Origin: Octopus sinensis
Taxonomy: Eukaryota
Assembly: GCF_006345805.1 (NCBI RefSeq)
Contig: NC_043002.1
Coordinates: forward strand, 12,400,001-12,464,000
Length of the DNA stretch: 64,000 bases
Direction: 5' to 3'
The stretch's first letter is position 1. Every line of letters starts with the position of its first letter. The notes beneath the pieces were generated by a model. It did not search any database. It saw only the letters and a program-made list of their open reading frames with translations, and was not told the DNA's origin. Positions 1 to 12,386 of this stretch are shown here, in pieces. Made by a program: the position numbers and the translations under genes.

Positions 1-382
1 AATATGCAATTATGCATCTCATCGTATTATATTGATGCCAGCATTGCACATCAAATTTTCTCTTATTTTCTTTTCTCTCCCTTATTCTTTCACTTCATTC
101 CATTTCTCCGACTTAATATCCCATCTGTTAACACCCCTAAGGTCTCAACGCCCCTTACTCTTATCAATCTCTCGAATACTTTGCTTTAATATATGCATTT
201 CTCTTCTCTTTCCTATCTCTACCTACATCCCAGCTCCTTTCAGCCAAGTCGTTACGCGCATTTATCCCATTTGCATTCTATACCCTCTCTTCTTCTCCTC
301 TATTCTTCTTCGCTCTTCCTTTAGCTTGCTGCCTCCTCTCCTTTCCATTATCAATTATCACTCTCCTTTTTACTCGTAGTCT

Positions 383-421
<39 letters not shown>

Positions 422-1619
422 TTATATGCACTTTTTATATGTAATTTTCAAAATGCGCCTTTATACGATTTTATATGATTTTATATGTTGTTTAAAGGAT
501 GAATACCTGTGCGTTTGTTTGTGTACGTAATTCAATGTCACCCGTATACGTCAGCGCCAACGCTTGTAAACTTTAGCCATTGTGTATATGAGTGCATGCA
601 AGTGTACATAATGGCTAAACTGCATATATATATAGGATAAGTATAAATACGTGTTTGTGTGTGCTTGCGTAAGGTTGCATACACATGGGTATTTGAGTGT
701 CATTGTGTATATATGCATTATGTTATACGCTTGTATGCATGTACACAGAGAATAAGTACGTCCACGCTGAGTTTGCATATATAAAAATAAGCAAACGACA
801 TCGACTTTCTCTTTAGAAACATGATATAGCACTTGGTGATGCTTAAAGAGTAATATATATGTATCCGAGTGTGTATGTTTGTATGTATATTTGTGTTTGT
901 ATATAGTATAGCGTCTGTGCAAATACATTATACACACATTAAGACACACATACTCACACATCTGTATATATTATTGGGTAGAGATTGATACATAGATACA
1001 TATATCTATATACGTATGTATGTTTATAGACACTCATTCGCACATATTATCTTTACTTTTATCTTTTACTTGTTTCAGTCATTGAACTCCGGCCATTCTG
1101 AAGGGTTTCAGTGAAATGAAATCGACCCCAGTAATTGTATTTTTAAGCCTCGTATTTATTCTCTCTGTGTCCATGGATATGGCAGGATTTCCTAGACGCT
1201 GAAATTGTTGCTATAGATGCGCCTCTTCCTTTTCTGTTTTTCTTTTCTCTTTGTTTTTTGTAAGCCAGCATCTGCGAGTGCGATAGTTCTACAAGGTCAA
1301 CGTTTTCGGATGGGCTGGGTGAAAAGATTGGCGCAGTGCTTAGAGGTTACATACAACAAGAGTGATGAGTAAGAACTGACAAGGATAAGACGAATGTCAA
1401 ACTAGATAAGATAAGAGCCCAGCCTGCCTTGAGGACCATAGGTCAAGCCAACCTATGCTTGTCTTGTTTATTTCATTTGTTACACAGGAGATATTTCCCT
1501 GGTGTCCATACATCATAAATTATATACAATCCCATTATTTTTCTCTCTAATAGAGTAATTTGAGACTTATAAAAAGAAAGGTTCATAATGCTCAGAATGT
1601 ATAAAACAAGAGCTAACTA

Positions 1620-1760
1620 AAAGTCTGAGAACATACATGGACATTTTGGAGAAATTTATGAAAAGGCTTTGGACATGCGAACGGCTAACTGCCGCATAAA
1701 GGGCAGAGAGAGCGAGAGAAGACAGTACGTATGTGGGCAACATAGTGGAGTATGTCTGTG
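1620..1760 (+). mobile_element. Possible highly decayed non-LTR retrotransposon (RTE-like) RT C-terminal remnant
   Basis: Across frameshifts the translation gives ...IKGRESERRQ/TYVGNI, which loosely resembles the LINE 'IEGKRARGRQR' tail motif. Weak. Confidence 0.25.
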
Positions 1761-2109
1761 AATGAGTTATACCAAAATGTCTGAGAACTTCTAATGGATA
1801 TAGACGAGGATGCACCATCTCACATACCAGGGTTCACTCCATTGCGGTTCATATCTAATCTTTGTAAGATATGAATAACTGCTGGGGATGGTCTTCATTG
1901 CGGAAATGAAAAAAAAAAAAGAAAAGAAAAAGACTGCTTTATGTATTGACGTAAATGTTTTACTTCCGCTGTCTTCAAACCAATACTCAGGTTTAAATCA
2001 TCTTGTTTATAGAATTTTCACGTGTTGAGCGTTAACATAGTACAATGAACTCTACCAGAATTTAGTTCCTACAAGGAGCTAGGCTCTCTGCAATGTGGAA
2101 TATTTAGGA

Positions 2110-2341
2110 CAATGATTTTCAACCAATTTCTTACTTATAGAACCATTAAATACCCATTTTACGCTGGTTAACCTCAAAAGACATTTTATCTTTATAAACT
2201 TATATTAATAGGAACTGTATTAAAAATTCTTAAAATAATTTATTTATAGTAGAGTATGATCAATTTATTGTACGTGAACTTTAGTAATACAATCTTATAT
2301 GGGCCCTCATGAGCCATGTGGACGCCGGTTGAGAACCGCTG
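2110..2341. mobile_element. hAT (Charlie-like) MITE remnant
   Basis: Left end CAATGATTTTCAACC; the right end reverse-complements to CAGCGGTTCTCAACC. Flanks tttaggac/ttgaggac match at 7/8. A related remnant lies at ~63705-63800. Confidence 0.5.
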
Positions 2342-2700
2342 TTGAGGACCAATATTTAATTTTTTATTGTGAACAGAATACAGGGATTAGCACCACATTG
2401 GTGTTTTTTTTTTATTACAGTAACGCCTGACTTTATTGTTTAATATTTAGTATCTTGGTCGTGAACGTAATATAGTGTACTATACAAATTTGCATCAGCT
2501 TCTTACTACTAGGTGAACTTATCCGTTGAATGTGCAGATTTTTTTCTTTTCTCTTGTTTTTGCTAAATGAAACCAACTACGATAACTCTACTAGACTAAT
2601 GGTTAAGCAGTAACCCCGTCTACCATCAGGTCTCATATCAGCTACCAAATCTAGGTAAATATAAATGTGTGTGGGGTGTGTGTGTGTGTGGGTATATATA

Positions 2701-2942
2701 CTCTTTTTTACTTGTTTCAGTCACTTGACTGCGGCCATACTAGAGCACCACTTTTAGTCAAACAAATCAACCCCGAGGACTTATTATTTGTAAGCTTAAT
2801 AATTATTCAATTGGTCTCTTTTGCCGAAGCACTAAGTTACGGGGTCGTATACACACCAGCATCGGTTGTCAAGCGATGTGGGGTGGGACAAACATAAACA
2901 CACATACATACATACATATACATACATACATACATACATACA

Positions 2943-2978
<36 letters not shown>

Positions 2979-3134
2979 TACGACGGGCTTCATTTCCGTT
3001 TCCGTCTACCAAATATACTCAGGAGGCTTTGGTCAGCCCAAATCTATGGTAGAAGACACTTGCCCAAGGTGTTACGCAGTGGGACTGAACCAAGAACCAT
3101 GTGGTTGGTAAGAAAGCTTCTTTCTACACAACCT
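2701..3134 (-). mobile_element. tRNA-derived SINE, family A (internal TA/CATA microsatellite)
   Basis: Reverse complement of the copy at 9791-10190: head AACCACATGGTTC, GGGCAAGTGTCTTCTAC, tail GCATGGCCGCAGTC..TGACTGAAACAAGTAAAA. Confidence 0.9.
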
Positions 3135-3145
3135 ATATATATATT

Positions 3146-3492
3146 CTCTTATTTGCTTCAGTAATTTGGATGAGGCCATGCTGGAGCACCACATTTAGTC
3201 GAACCAGTCAACCCTAGGGCTTGTTCTTTGTAAACCTAGTATCTATTTTATCATTCTCCTTTACCGAACCGCTAATTTATGGTGATGTAAACACACCTGC
3301 ATCGGTTGTCAAGCAATTTTTCAAGTTGTCAAGCACATTTTCAGTTTCCGTCCACCAAATCCACTCACAAAGCTTTAGTCGGCCCGAGGGTATGGTAGAA
3401 GACACTTGCCCTAGGTGCCACGCAGTGGGACTGAACCCAGAACCATGTGGTTGCTAAGCAAGCCACTCACCACACATCCAGACTTGCGCCTA
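3146..3492 (-). mobile_element. SINE family A, second adjacent copy
   Basis: Same head (AGGCGCAAG...AACCACATGGTTCTGGGTTCAGTCCCACTGCGTGGCACC) and tail, with an internal deletion. Confidence 0.85.
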
Positions 3493-3497
3493 TGTAT

Positions 3498-3551
<54 letters not shown>

Positions 3552-5361
3552 ATGTATATACTTACTTGGAAAATGATGCATGTAACGATATTGAGGAAGT
3601 AGAATCGATAACAATGTCAGCTTCACAAGCAACAACAGCAATAGCAACAACACTAATAACAGCAGCCGCCGCTGAAAACTAAACAACCGCAGCAAGCATA
3701 ACAGCAACGACATTTACCTAAGAAGCACAGTATGAAATATGAGGTAAATACCGGACACACAAACATCAATAGCAGAATCAAGAGCAACGGCAAAAAGCCA
3801 GGAAAACAAGGGAATTTTTACGCTGGGTGGGAGCTGCACGACATGCTAGAAATAGCAACCAATTCCCTTTCAATTCAACAGTGATTTTTGTAGGAACATT
3901 GGAAGGATGTATTAGATAATGGAGTCCTAGATAGACTATAGCTGCAAGAAAAGAAAAAAAATGACAGTCAGATGATCACAGCTGGAGCGTCTTTGATCAA
4001 AGGTACATTGCTGGATCCAGTCTGATCTGGAGTTAAACAACCGAAATAATAAAACCAATAACATTACAAGACAACAATAATAATGTAAACTACAACAGCA
4101 GTAAAAACAAACAAAAACCCACAGCAGCAGTGAAAAAGCAAAAACAAAAAAAAAAATGAAAACTAGCTACTGCAGCAGCACCGGTAGAAGCAACAGCAGG
4201 AGTAGCAACAGCAGCCACAGCAGCAGCAGTCGGTGCAATTAAGAATGTTAAGTGCATTAATGTGGATTGTAGGTGAAGTAAAGTGGAAAGATAACAGTCA
4301 AAGACTGTCTCTATCTGATTGCTAACATCACACCTGAATGTTGTTGTATCATTTCTATTGTCAGTGACTAAAACTATTAGATCGGCAGCTACCAGGAACA
4401 CGACCGACTATTATTTCATTGTTAGCTTCACGGTAGATTTACTAGAGCAGTATAGGGGTCGGTAGTGATGGTCGTGTGTGGTGGTGATACTAGAGAAAGT
4501 GATGGTGGTGGTGGTGCTGGTAATGGTGTGGCAATTGGGCAACAGTGGGGTTGTATTCTTGCTAACTGCTAATTAGTCACCAGGTATAATTTAGATAACA
4601 GAGTCGCTACGGTCGACAAGACAGACAATTGATATCTGCGCACAAGTGATACATTGTGGTGGTCCTCGACAAGGGACTTCATTTAGTTTCGTTTATTCCA
4701 CCTGGGAAACTTGCAGATGGAGACATCGATAGCATATCAGTCTTACAAGTCTAACGGTCTAAGGTTCGTATCCAGCGCCGTCAGCTCTAATCTCTATTCA
4801 TGGTCAAGACCAATAACTGTTGCTGCTGCATTCCACTTAACCAGATATTTGCAGGATACACACTTGTACATTCTTTATTGAAACGAAGAAGTATTCAGAC
4901 TTATTAGAGAATTTATCGATGATTGACATGTATAACAGATTCAGTTGAATTTATGTCTCATCCACTTCGATCTCTTGTGATTGAGACAAATGATGTGGGA
5001 TATCTGAATCAGTGGCCTTCAGTCGAGGCCATATTGTCTGTGTTTAATCATTTTGTATCGCGGCTGCTTAAAAATATTTATTCACATTTTGATTATGGAA
5101 TACGAATATCATAAACACCAGTTTCTTTTCCTCAAGTAAACCACTCGTTTACATGCGGCTCATATTTTGGTATTCTATTTTATTCACAGATTTTAAAATT
5201 GATTATTTGCACAGAAATTATAAGCAGAATTGCAGTAAAACAGAACCGCAGTTACCAAATTGCAGTTGGTATGACGAATATTTTGACGCTAAATAATAAA
5301 TATTTAAGGGAAGTTCACACTCTTCGTGTGTTTTTGAATAGTTGGTATATATATCTTCTGT

Positions 5362-5678
5362 GAAGGCGCATAGCTTAGTGCTTAGAGCTTACGACCGTGA
5401 GGTTGTGAGTTCGATTCTCGGACCGGGCTTCGTGTTGTGTTCTTGAACAAGACACTTTATTTCACGTTGCTCCGGTTACCTGAGCTGTAGAAATGAGTTG
5501 CGACATCACTGGTGCCAAGCTGTATCGGCCTTTGCCTTTCACTTGGATAACATCAGTGGTATGGAGAGAGGGCCGGTATGCATGGGCGACTGCTGGTCTT
5601 CCATAAACAACCTTGTCCGGACTTGTGCCTTGGAGGGTAACTTTCTAGGTGCAATCCCATGGTCATTCATGACCGAAG
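5362..5678 (+). mobile_element. tRNA-derived SINE, family C (CORE-like central domain)
   Basis: A-box-like GCTTAGTG, B-box-like GAGTTCGATTC, then CAAGACACTTTATTTCACGTTGCTCC shared with 17399-17718. The CORE assignment is from memory. Confidence 0.85.
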
Positions 5679-6017
5679 TTCAGAGTCTCCTCCTCCTCCT
5701 CCTGTATATATCTTCTATGCTGTAATTGCTTTAGTTTCAACACTGAAGCTCAGATCGAAACACTTCCCTGGCAAATACGCTTCCGAAATATATAAACTCA
5801 TACCCATATATATTCAGTCAAGTGAGAAATAAGGTTTGAGGGACTAACTAGAGCGAATTTCCGGAGGTTGTAACAAGAAAACAACACACAGGGTTCGTTG
5901 TTTTTACAACCCTTAAATATCTGATTATCCCTGCATCCCAAGCTGATGAGGTGTAGCAGATGTAGGACATTTATTAACAGATACATTAGATTGTGAATGG
6001 CCCCACCCTCGCTTATA

Positions 6018-6590
6018 CGAGGTGAAGTGAAAATATTATCCGCACTTCCGCCCTAACATATTTTTATTATTGTCACACTGCCTTCTGCGCATCCGTGCTT
6101 ATAGTTGGTATTATCGTGGTCACGTGATCGAAGTTTGAACCAATCGCAGCAATTTTTTTCTTCTTGGCTTTCCAGTTTAAACATGGCCACTCCACTAGTA
6201 ATGTTCGCAAAAGAAAAACAAAGAGCAGTGATCCGATTTCTCTGGTCGGAAGGTGTGTCAGGTGCTGAAATTCCCTGGAGGGTTTTAGCACAATATGGGG
6301 ACAGTGGACTATCACATAGAAGTGTGTATGAGTAGACCGAGGTGTTTAAAACTGGCCGGACAAGCGGGACACACGAAGAGGGAGCAGGATGCCCGTCAAC
6401 TTCCACCACTAACGAGAAGAAACAGCAGGGTCGAGAGATCCTTTCGGGGTCGATAAATTAAGTACCAGTTACGCACTGGGGTCGATGTAATCGACTTAAT
6501 ACCTATGTCTGTCCTTGTTTGTCCCCTCTATGTTTAGCCCCTTGTGGGTAATAAAGAAATAGGTAATGGTGAACCGGTTAACTATTACGA
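6018..6590 (+). mobile_element. Mariner transposon 5' end (TIR + transposase HTH), pseudogenised and interrupted by a SINE
   Basis: TA + CGAGGTGAAGTGAAAA TIR-like start. From 6183: MATPLVMFAKEKQRAVIRFLWSEGVSGAEI...VYE*TEVFKTGRTS...PSTSTT. It resumes after the SINE as MVNRLTI. Confidence 0.85.
6438..6563 (+). mobile_element. 5'-truncated SINE family B
   Basis: ATCCTTTCGGGGTCGATAAATTAAGTACCAG...GTAATAAAGAAATAGG, identical in structure to the array units at 21193-21857. Confidence 0.9.
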
Positions 6591-6699
6591 TCCCTCGTAA
6601 CACTGTGTGACAATAATTAAGATATGCTTTGGCGAAAGTGCGGATTATTTTTGACTTCCCCTCGTATAATGTACGTGATTGGCAGTTAGGATTAAGGGT

Positions 6700-7070
6700 T
6701 AGAATTGGGTGATTCTGCTGTCGTAAATAACAATTGAGAATCCCGCAACTTCTTGCTGACTAACCTTCGAAGTTGATTTGTTTATATTGATCAGAATGTT
6801 TGCGTTGTACATTAGTGCACGTCTACCATAAAAACCTTTGAATACACTGGTGGCTGGGGTTAGAAAGTTTGGGTATTTTCGTCCAGATAGAAGCAAAATA
6901 CTTAAGTCTGGTAGACGCGCAATGTAAGAGCACACTTTTGATGCTGGTCTGAAGAAGTGCCAGTCTAACGTTTAAAAACGTAAATATTACGTACATTTTC
7001 GCTTGGAACTTTTGCGTCAACTGGAGTTGGAAAAAGTGTTGTTGCAGAAACAATTGTAAACAGTCATTTA
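6700..7070 (-). mobile_element. Decayed LINE (RTE-like) RT C-terminal remnant
   Basis: QTSIKSVLLHCASTR resembles the LINE motif 'SVLLYGAETW'. Frameshifted. Confidence 0.4.
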
Positions 7071-7933
7071 AGATGTGTTAAAGTCTTTCTCTGCTTTCTT
7101 ATTTGGATTATATATGTATAAATAAGGATAAGGTCGATATTTAAATACCAATCTTATCAGGTGGCCAGCATGGGAATAAAAACCTTCAAAGGTAATAATT
7201 ATTTAAAATTATAATTTAGGGTATGTAAGAGATACCACCACACTGGGAATAGCAGTCAAAACTCGACTCTAAAACCACATAAACAAGGTGGAGAAAATAG
7301 TACTCGAATACCAGAGGTAGAGTGATATGCTTTGAACGGGGAATGGAAATGAGTAACAATTTGTGTGAGGTTTTTGCAGCTTTAGAGTGTATACATCTAA
7401 GAGTTCAGGAATGGAGTAGGGAAAATCCGGGCTGCATATGATCCATGGCCAGTGGAACTATAGAAGTGGTAAAATCCAGGCGAGGTGTATACTGCTGCTA
7501 ACTCTTCATGCCAAAGATATCTTGATTAGATTAAAGGCTGCTTTGTCGCAAGGAGGTACACGTAGACGTAAAGAATGTGTGGTAGTGACTTCGAAGTTTC
7601 GATTCTGCCCTTCTCCACACACATATTCTTTTGTGCTTATGCAGGGCAAATGGGGCGGAAGTGGAATAAATAAAGTTACAACGAAAGTGCTGAGGTGTGC
7701 GAGAGAAATTAAGAAACTGAATAAGAAGCAGGAATGAGTGGACAAAGAACACGAAATGGAGAGAGACCGAGAGAGAAAGAGAGAGAGAGAGAGAAAAAAA
7801 GAGGGGGAGGAGAAGGGGAGTGAGAAAGACAGAGAGACGAAGAGATAATGTGGGCAGAGAGAATGCATGAATGAATAATAACAAGAAAAATGAGACTCAG
7901 CAAAACTACTAGAACAATGATAAACTCTACATA

Positions 7934-7950
7934 TAATAATAATAATAATA

Positions 7951-7995
<45 letters not shown>

Positions 7996-8041
7996 CAGTA
8001 ATAATAATAATAATAATATAATACGAATAATGATGATAATG

Positions 8042-8079
<38 letters not shown>

Positions 8080-8086
8080 AATAATG

Positions 8087-8123
<37 letters not shown>

Positions 8124-8148
8124 TAATAATAATAATAATAATAATAAT
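7934..8148. repeat. (AAT)n microsatellite
   Basis: Direct inspection. Confidence 0.95.
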
Positions 8149-9790
8149 AGTGCAGAAAGAAAACCATTGCTGCGTCCGTCTAGATATTGTGTTAATGCTT
8201 AATGCTGTTAGCCTCATTGATTTCATTAGAAGAGAACAGAGGAGAAGCCAGTGTCGCAGAGAACCACAAGTTCGATCTGTAATCCACACCGAATATTGTT
8301 GACGGCTGAATTGGCATGTAAAACGATATGACGACAACCATGTTGCATGCTAATGAAGGTGTTGATGGAGGAGGTGGTGTTGATGGTGGTATTGGTGGTG
8401 TTGGTGTTGGTGGTGGTAGTGGTGGTGGTGTTGTTGGTGGTGGTGTTGTTGGCGGTGGTGTTGGGAGTGATGCCTTGTCAGAGATGTTCTTACTCTATAA
8501 TTAATAGCTCAACAAAAACAAAATTCTCCACGGATTATTGGCCTGTATTATATCCGATGTCACGGCTGTGTGTGTACGTGTGTGAGTGCGCGTGTACATG
8601 TGTGTGTGACTGTGTGTGTATTGGGCTGGGATGGGGAGAGAACTCACACCTTTCTTCATCAATGGCAACAATATTAAATATGAATTGAGAGAGAAAAAAA
8701 TGTTCCTAACGAACAAAAACATGGATGCGTATGAAGGTTTGTGTCGGTTCTCGGTGTATGTTTTTCAGAATGTATGTGTGCGTGTTTGCGTGCTTGTATG
8801 CTTGTATGTGTGTGCGTGTGTGTTTGTGAGTGTGTGTGTGTGGCTGGGTGTAAATGTGTATGTGTATGTATGTATGTGTGTGTGTGAATGTGTGTGTGTA
8901 TGTATGTATGTATGTGTGTGTGTGTGCGTGCGTGTTTTTGTGACTTGAAATACATGTGTGTATATTTGCGTACTAGTAATGCGTATGTATGTATTTGCGT
9001 GTTTCAGAGAGAGTCAGAGTGACAGAGAGGGAAAGACAGACAAAGGTAGAGAGAGAGAGAGAGAGATGGAGAGGACGGAGAGAGAGAGAGAGATGGAGAA
9101 GACGGAGAGAGAGATAGGGAGAGAGAAGGAGAGAGAGGGAGAGCGAAACAGACAGATTGAATGACGTAGCGTGCCACTGTATTTGTGTATGATGTTGTAT
9201 GCTTGGATTTCTGATTGAATGTGTGTGCAATTTTTGTATGATGTTTTGTATGCATTTATGTATGTGTAAATGTGTACGTACTGTTTATGAACACGTGTGT
9301 GTATTTGTGTGTGAATATATCTGTATTTATCTGTAAGGAAGAGAGGCAGACCGTTAAAACTGGAGTGTAAAGTTGATATTGGTAAAAGCAATTCATTATA
9401 CGGAAAGTGTGTATAACGGAGACAAGCATGTACGGATATCAATGCGGTGGGTGTTTGTTTGTGTGGAAGAGGTTTGAAGGGTGTGGCTGAAGGTTTATGA
9501 TGTTGAAGACAACCAGCAGGTCTTGGATTCGAACCTACTTTATAACATTATTTGCGAATATATTTCGCGATAGCTTTGAGTCGAGTGACGCCAAACAAGC
9601 TTCGTGGAGGAAATTGGATCAATGACATCGGCGCAGAAGCCCTTGGGAAGGATTCTTCTGTAAGTTAAAGGACTAGTCTTGTCACACGCTGAGTCCTGCT
9701 GAGCCCACCTGGTAATCATGTTATTCCAATTAGGTTGTTCAGTTGAGCGAGTAGCAGACTGCTCATACGTCATTATCGACGGCAGCGACC

Positions 9791-10190
9791 ATAGGCTGTG
9801 TAGTAAGTAGCTTGTTTACCAACCACATGGTTCCGGGTTCAGTCCCACTACGTGGCACCTTGGGCAAGTGTCTCCTACTATAGCCTCGGGCCGACCAAAG
9901 CCTTGTGAGTGGATTTCGTAGACGGAAACTGAAAGAAGCCCGTCGTATATATGTATATATATATATGTATGTGCGTGTATGTTTGTGTGTCTGTGTTTGT
10001 CCCCCTAGCATTGCTTGACAACCGATGCTGGTGTGTTTATGTCCCCGTCACTTAGCGGTTCGGCAAAAGAGACCGATAGAATAAGTACTGGGCTTACAAA
10101 GAATAAGTCCCGGGGTCGAGTTGCTCAATTAAAGGCGGTGCACCAGCATGGCCGCAGTCAAAATGACTGAAACAAGTAAAAAGAGAAAGA
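9791..10190 (+). mobile_element. SINE family A, near full length
   Basis: tRNA-like head (GGTTCCGGGTTCAGTCCC), internal (TA)/(TG) tract and tail GGCGGTGCACCAGCATGGCCGCAGTC...GAAACAAGTAAAAAGAG. Confidence 0.92.
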
Positions 10191-10198
10191 GATATATA

Positions 10199-10400
10199 CG
10201 TGGTCTGATCAATCAGTATCTGGACTGTTGCCATAGTAACAAAGCTAAAGCACGCAGAGAACAGCCGCTCGGCACAGATTGACCTCAAACTCTGTTGTGC
10301 ATGCACACTAACTTTTAACGTTCTAGCTCACTTTCGCCATTTGCAGCAGTCTTTGGAAGGAATGTGTGTAGCGTGTGATAATCATATTGTTAAATGGTTA
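10199..10400. mobile_element. Tc1/mariner terminal remnant
   Basis: TA followed by CGTGGTCTGATCAATCAGTATCTGGACT, a mariner-like TIR. No partner TIR found. Confidence 0.4.
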
Positions 10401-11013
10401 AGAACATTAGAAATCTCTAGAGCATTAGTAGTCTCTATTTTCCCTACCCCACTAGCTTCAGTCTACTAACTTTAGCTAAAATACATTCAAATATGCCAAA
10501 ATTAAATTCTTCATAATGGGAGTGGATTTATGGCTTTGACATTTGTACTACCCCTTCCTCTGTCTATTAATAGAAAAAATTATTGTTTGTCTCCATTCAA
10601 CCAAATAAGAAACCACCTCCCCATTGAAATCTAATTAACAAAGTGAACTCAGTGATAAAAAATCTACAAATGGGGAATGACATTCTACTACCATGTTCTA
10701 AATGATGAAATTAACCTCTCTGTCTATATATCTACCCTCTTTGTAATGTTGGCAAATGAAATAAGTATAAAAATGTGCATTGTCTATTTAATTTTAAAAA
10801 TTCTATATGTGGCTGAAGATTGCTCTACATTTTAAAACTGATGTAATACTTGCATTGTTTAATAAAATGAAGTAGCATGAAACGATTGTACTACACTACC
10901 TTGGATATCCTTGTTGCTTATTTTGATTATAATCACTCCATTTGATTTATATGGATAATACCATACCAAATTCTCGTGCCTTTAAATTAAGTACCATATT
11001 CATCTGAATCTAA

Positions 11014-11203
11014 ATTTCATTTGACTATCTTTGTAAAAAAAAAATGGTTTGTTTTCATATTTCTCGATGCTTCTAAATCACGATCAAAATACACGACAAA
11101 CTTTCTCTCTTGACAGTTAAACTGAGAGGTCGAATTTGAACGGATGCAATGGCATCATGATCGTTCGGGATAATTTAGATGTTTGATTCGTGTTCCGCAT
11201 ATG

Positions 11204-11237
<34 letters not shown>

Positions 11238-11584
11238 TAGCCTTGTGCCAAAATCAGATGTCAGTAATATTCGGGGCAAAGATGCAGACAGCTATATATA
11301 TGTATATATGTATGTATGTATGTATGTTATGTATGTATGTATGTATGTATGTATGTATGTATGTATAGCCTTGTGCCAAAATCAGATGTCAGTAATATTC
11401 GGGGCAAAGATGCAGACAGCCATCTGCGGAACACGAATCAAACATCTAACTTATCCCAAACGATCTCGACCTCTCAGTCTAACTGTCAAGAGAGAAAGTT
11501 TGTCGTGTATTTTGATCGTGATTTAGAAGCATCGAGAAATATGAAAACAAACCATTTTTTTTTACAAAGGTAGTCAAATGAAAT
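11014..11584. mobile_element. Fold-back element/MITE with ~160-bp inverted arms
   Basis: 11014-11198 is the reverse complement of ~11425-11584, apart from a ~24-bp insertion in the left arm and a few substitutions. The centre holds a duplicated 55-bp unit and (TATG)n. Confidence 0.85.
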
Positions 11585-11770
11585 GTAGTTCTATATAAGA
11601 GCTGACTATGTTAGGTAAACATGAAAAAAAGAACTTTGGACGGAAAAGAAAGCGAAGAGCAACACATCTTCTGGGTTGATCTGACTGGTGAAGAATCATG
11701 TACGTTTGTATGTCGGGGGTCATGTGATTGTAAAATTGTGTCATTATATGTCTTTATCTACAAAGTGTAT

Positions 11771-12386
11771 GAGGGCGATGAGCTGGCAGAATCGTTAGCA
11801 CACAAGACGAAGTGCTTAGCAGCATTTCGTCCGTTTTTACGTTCTGAGTTCAAATTCCGCTTAGGTCGACTTTGCCTTTCATCGTTTCGGGTCGATAAAT
11901 TAAGTACCAGTTGCGTACTAGAGTCGATCTAATCGACTAGCCCCCTCCCCAAAAATTTCGGGCCATGTGGTAGAGTAGAACAGAATCGTTATTACGCCGG
12001 GCGAAATGCTTAGCAGTATTTCGTCTGCCGGTATTTCGTTCTGAGTTCAAATTCCGCCGAGGTCGACTTTGCCTTTCATCCTTTCAGGGTCGATAAATTA
12101 AGTACCAGTTACGCACTGGGGTCGATGTAATCGCCTTAATCCGTTTGTCTGTCCTTGTTTGTCCTCTCTGTGTTTAGCCCTTCGTGGGTAGTAAAGAAAT
12201 AGGTATTTCGTCTGCCGGTATTTCGTTCTGGGTTCAAATTCCGCCGAGGTCGACTTTGCCTTTCATTCTTTCAGGTTCGATTAAATAAGTACAAGTTACG
12301 TACTGAGGTCGATGTAATCGACTTAATCCCTTTGTTTGTCCTAGTTCCTCCCCTCTATGTTTAGCCTCCCTGTGGGCAAAATAAGA
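11771..12386 (+). mobile_element. SINE family B tandem cluster (3 units)
   Basis: Head GAGCTGGCAGAATCGTTAGC and central GTCGACTTTGCCTTTCATCCTTTC.GGGTCGATAAATTAAGTACCAG (resembles the Meta-SINE domain, from memory), repeated three times. Confidence 0.92.

Noticed and set aside
8150-8340. Unique island with several TAAT/ATTA sites between microsatellites (possible enhancer)
   Set aside because: Such motifs are common in AT-rich DNA, and conservation cannot be assessed here.
3810-8710. Minus-strand splice signals (acceptor near 3942, GTGAGT donor near 8647) that could join as ...VAIDEERSIVYLG...
   Set aside because: The upstream acceptor and downstream donor are weak and no family was recognised; too speculative without RNA data.
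10420-10760. AT-rich block as a possible NUMT
   Set aside because: No mitochondrial gene motif in any frame under the invertebrate mitochondrial code; at most a decayed LINE.
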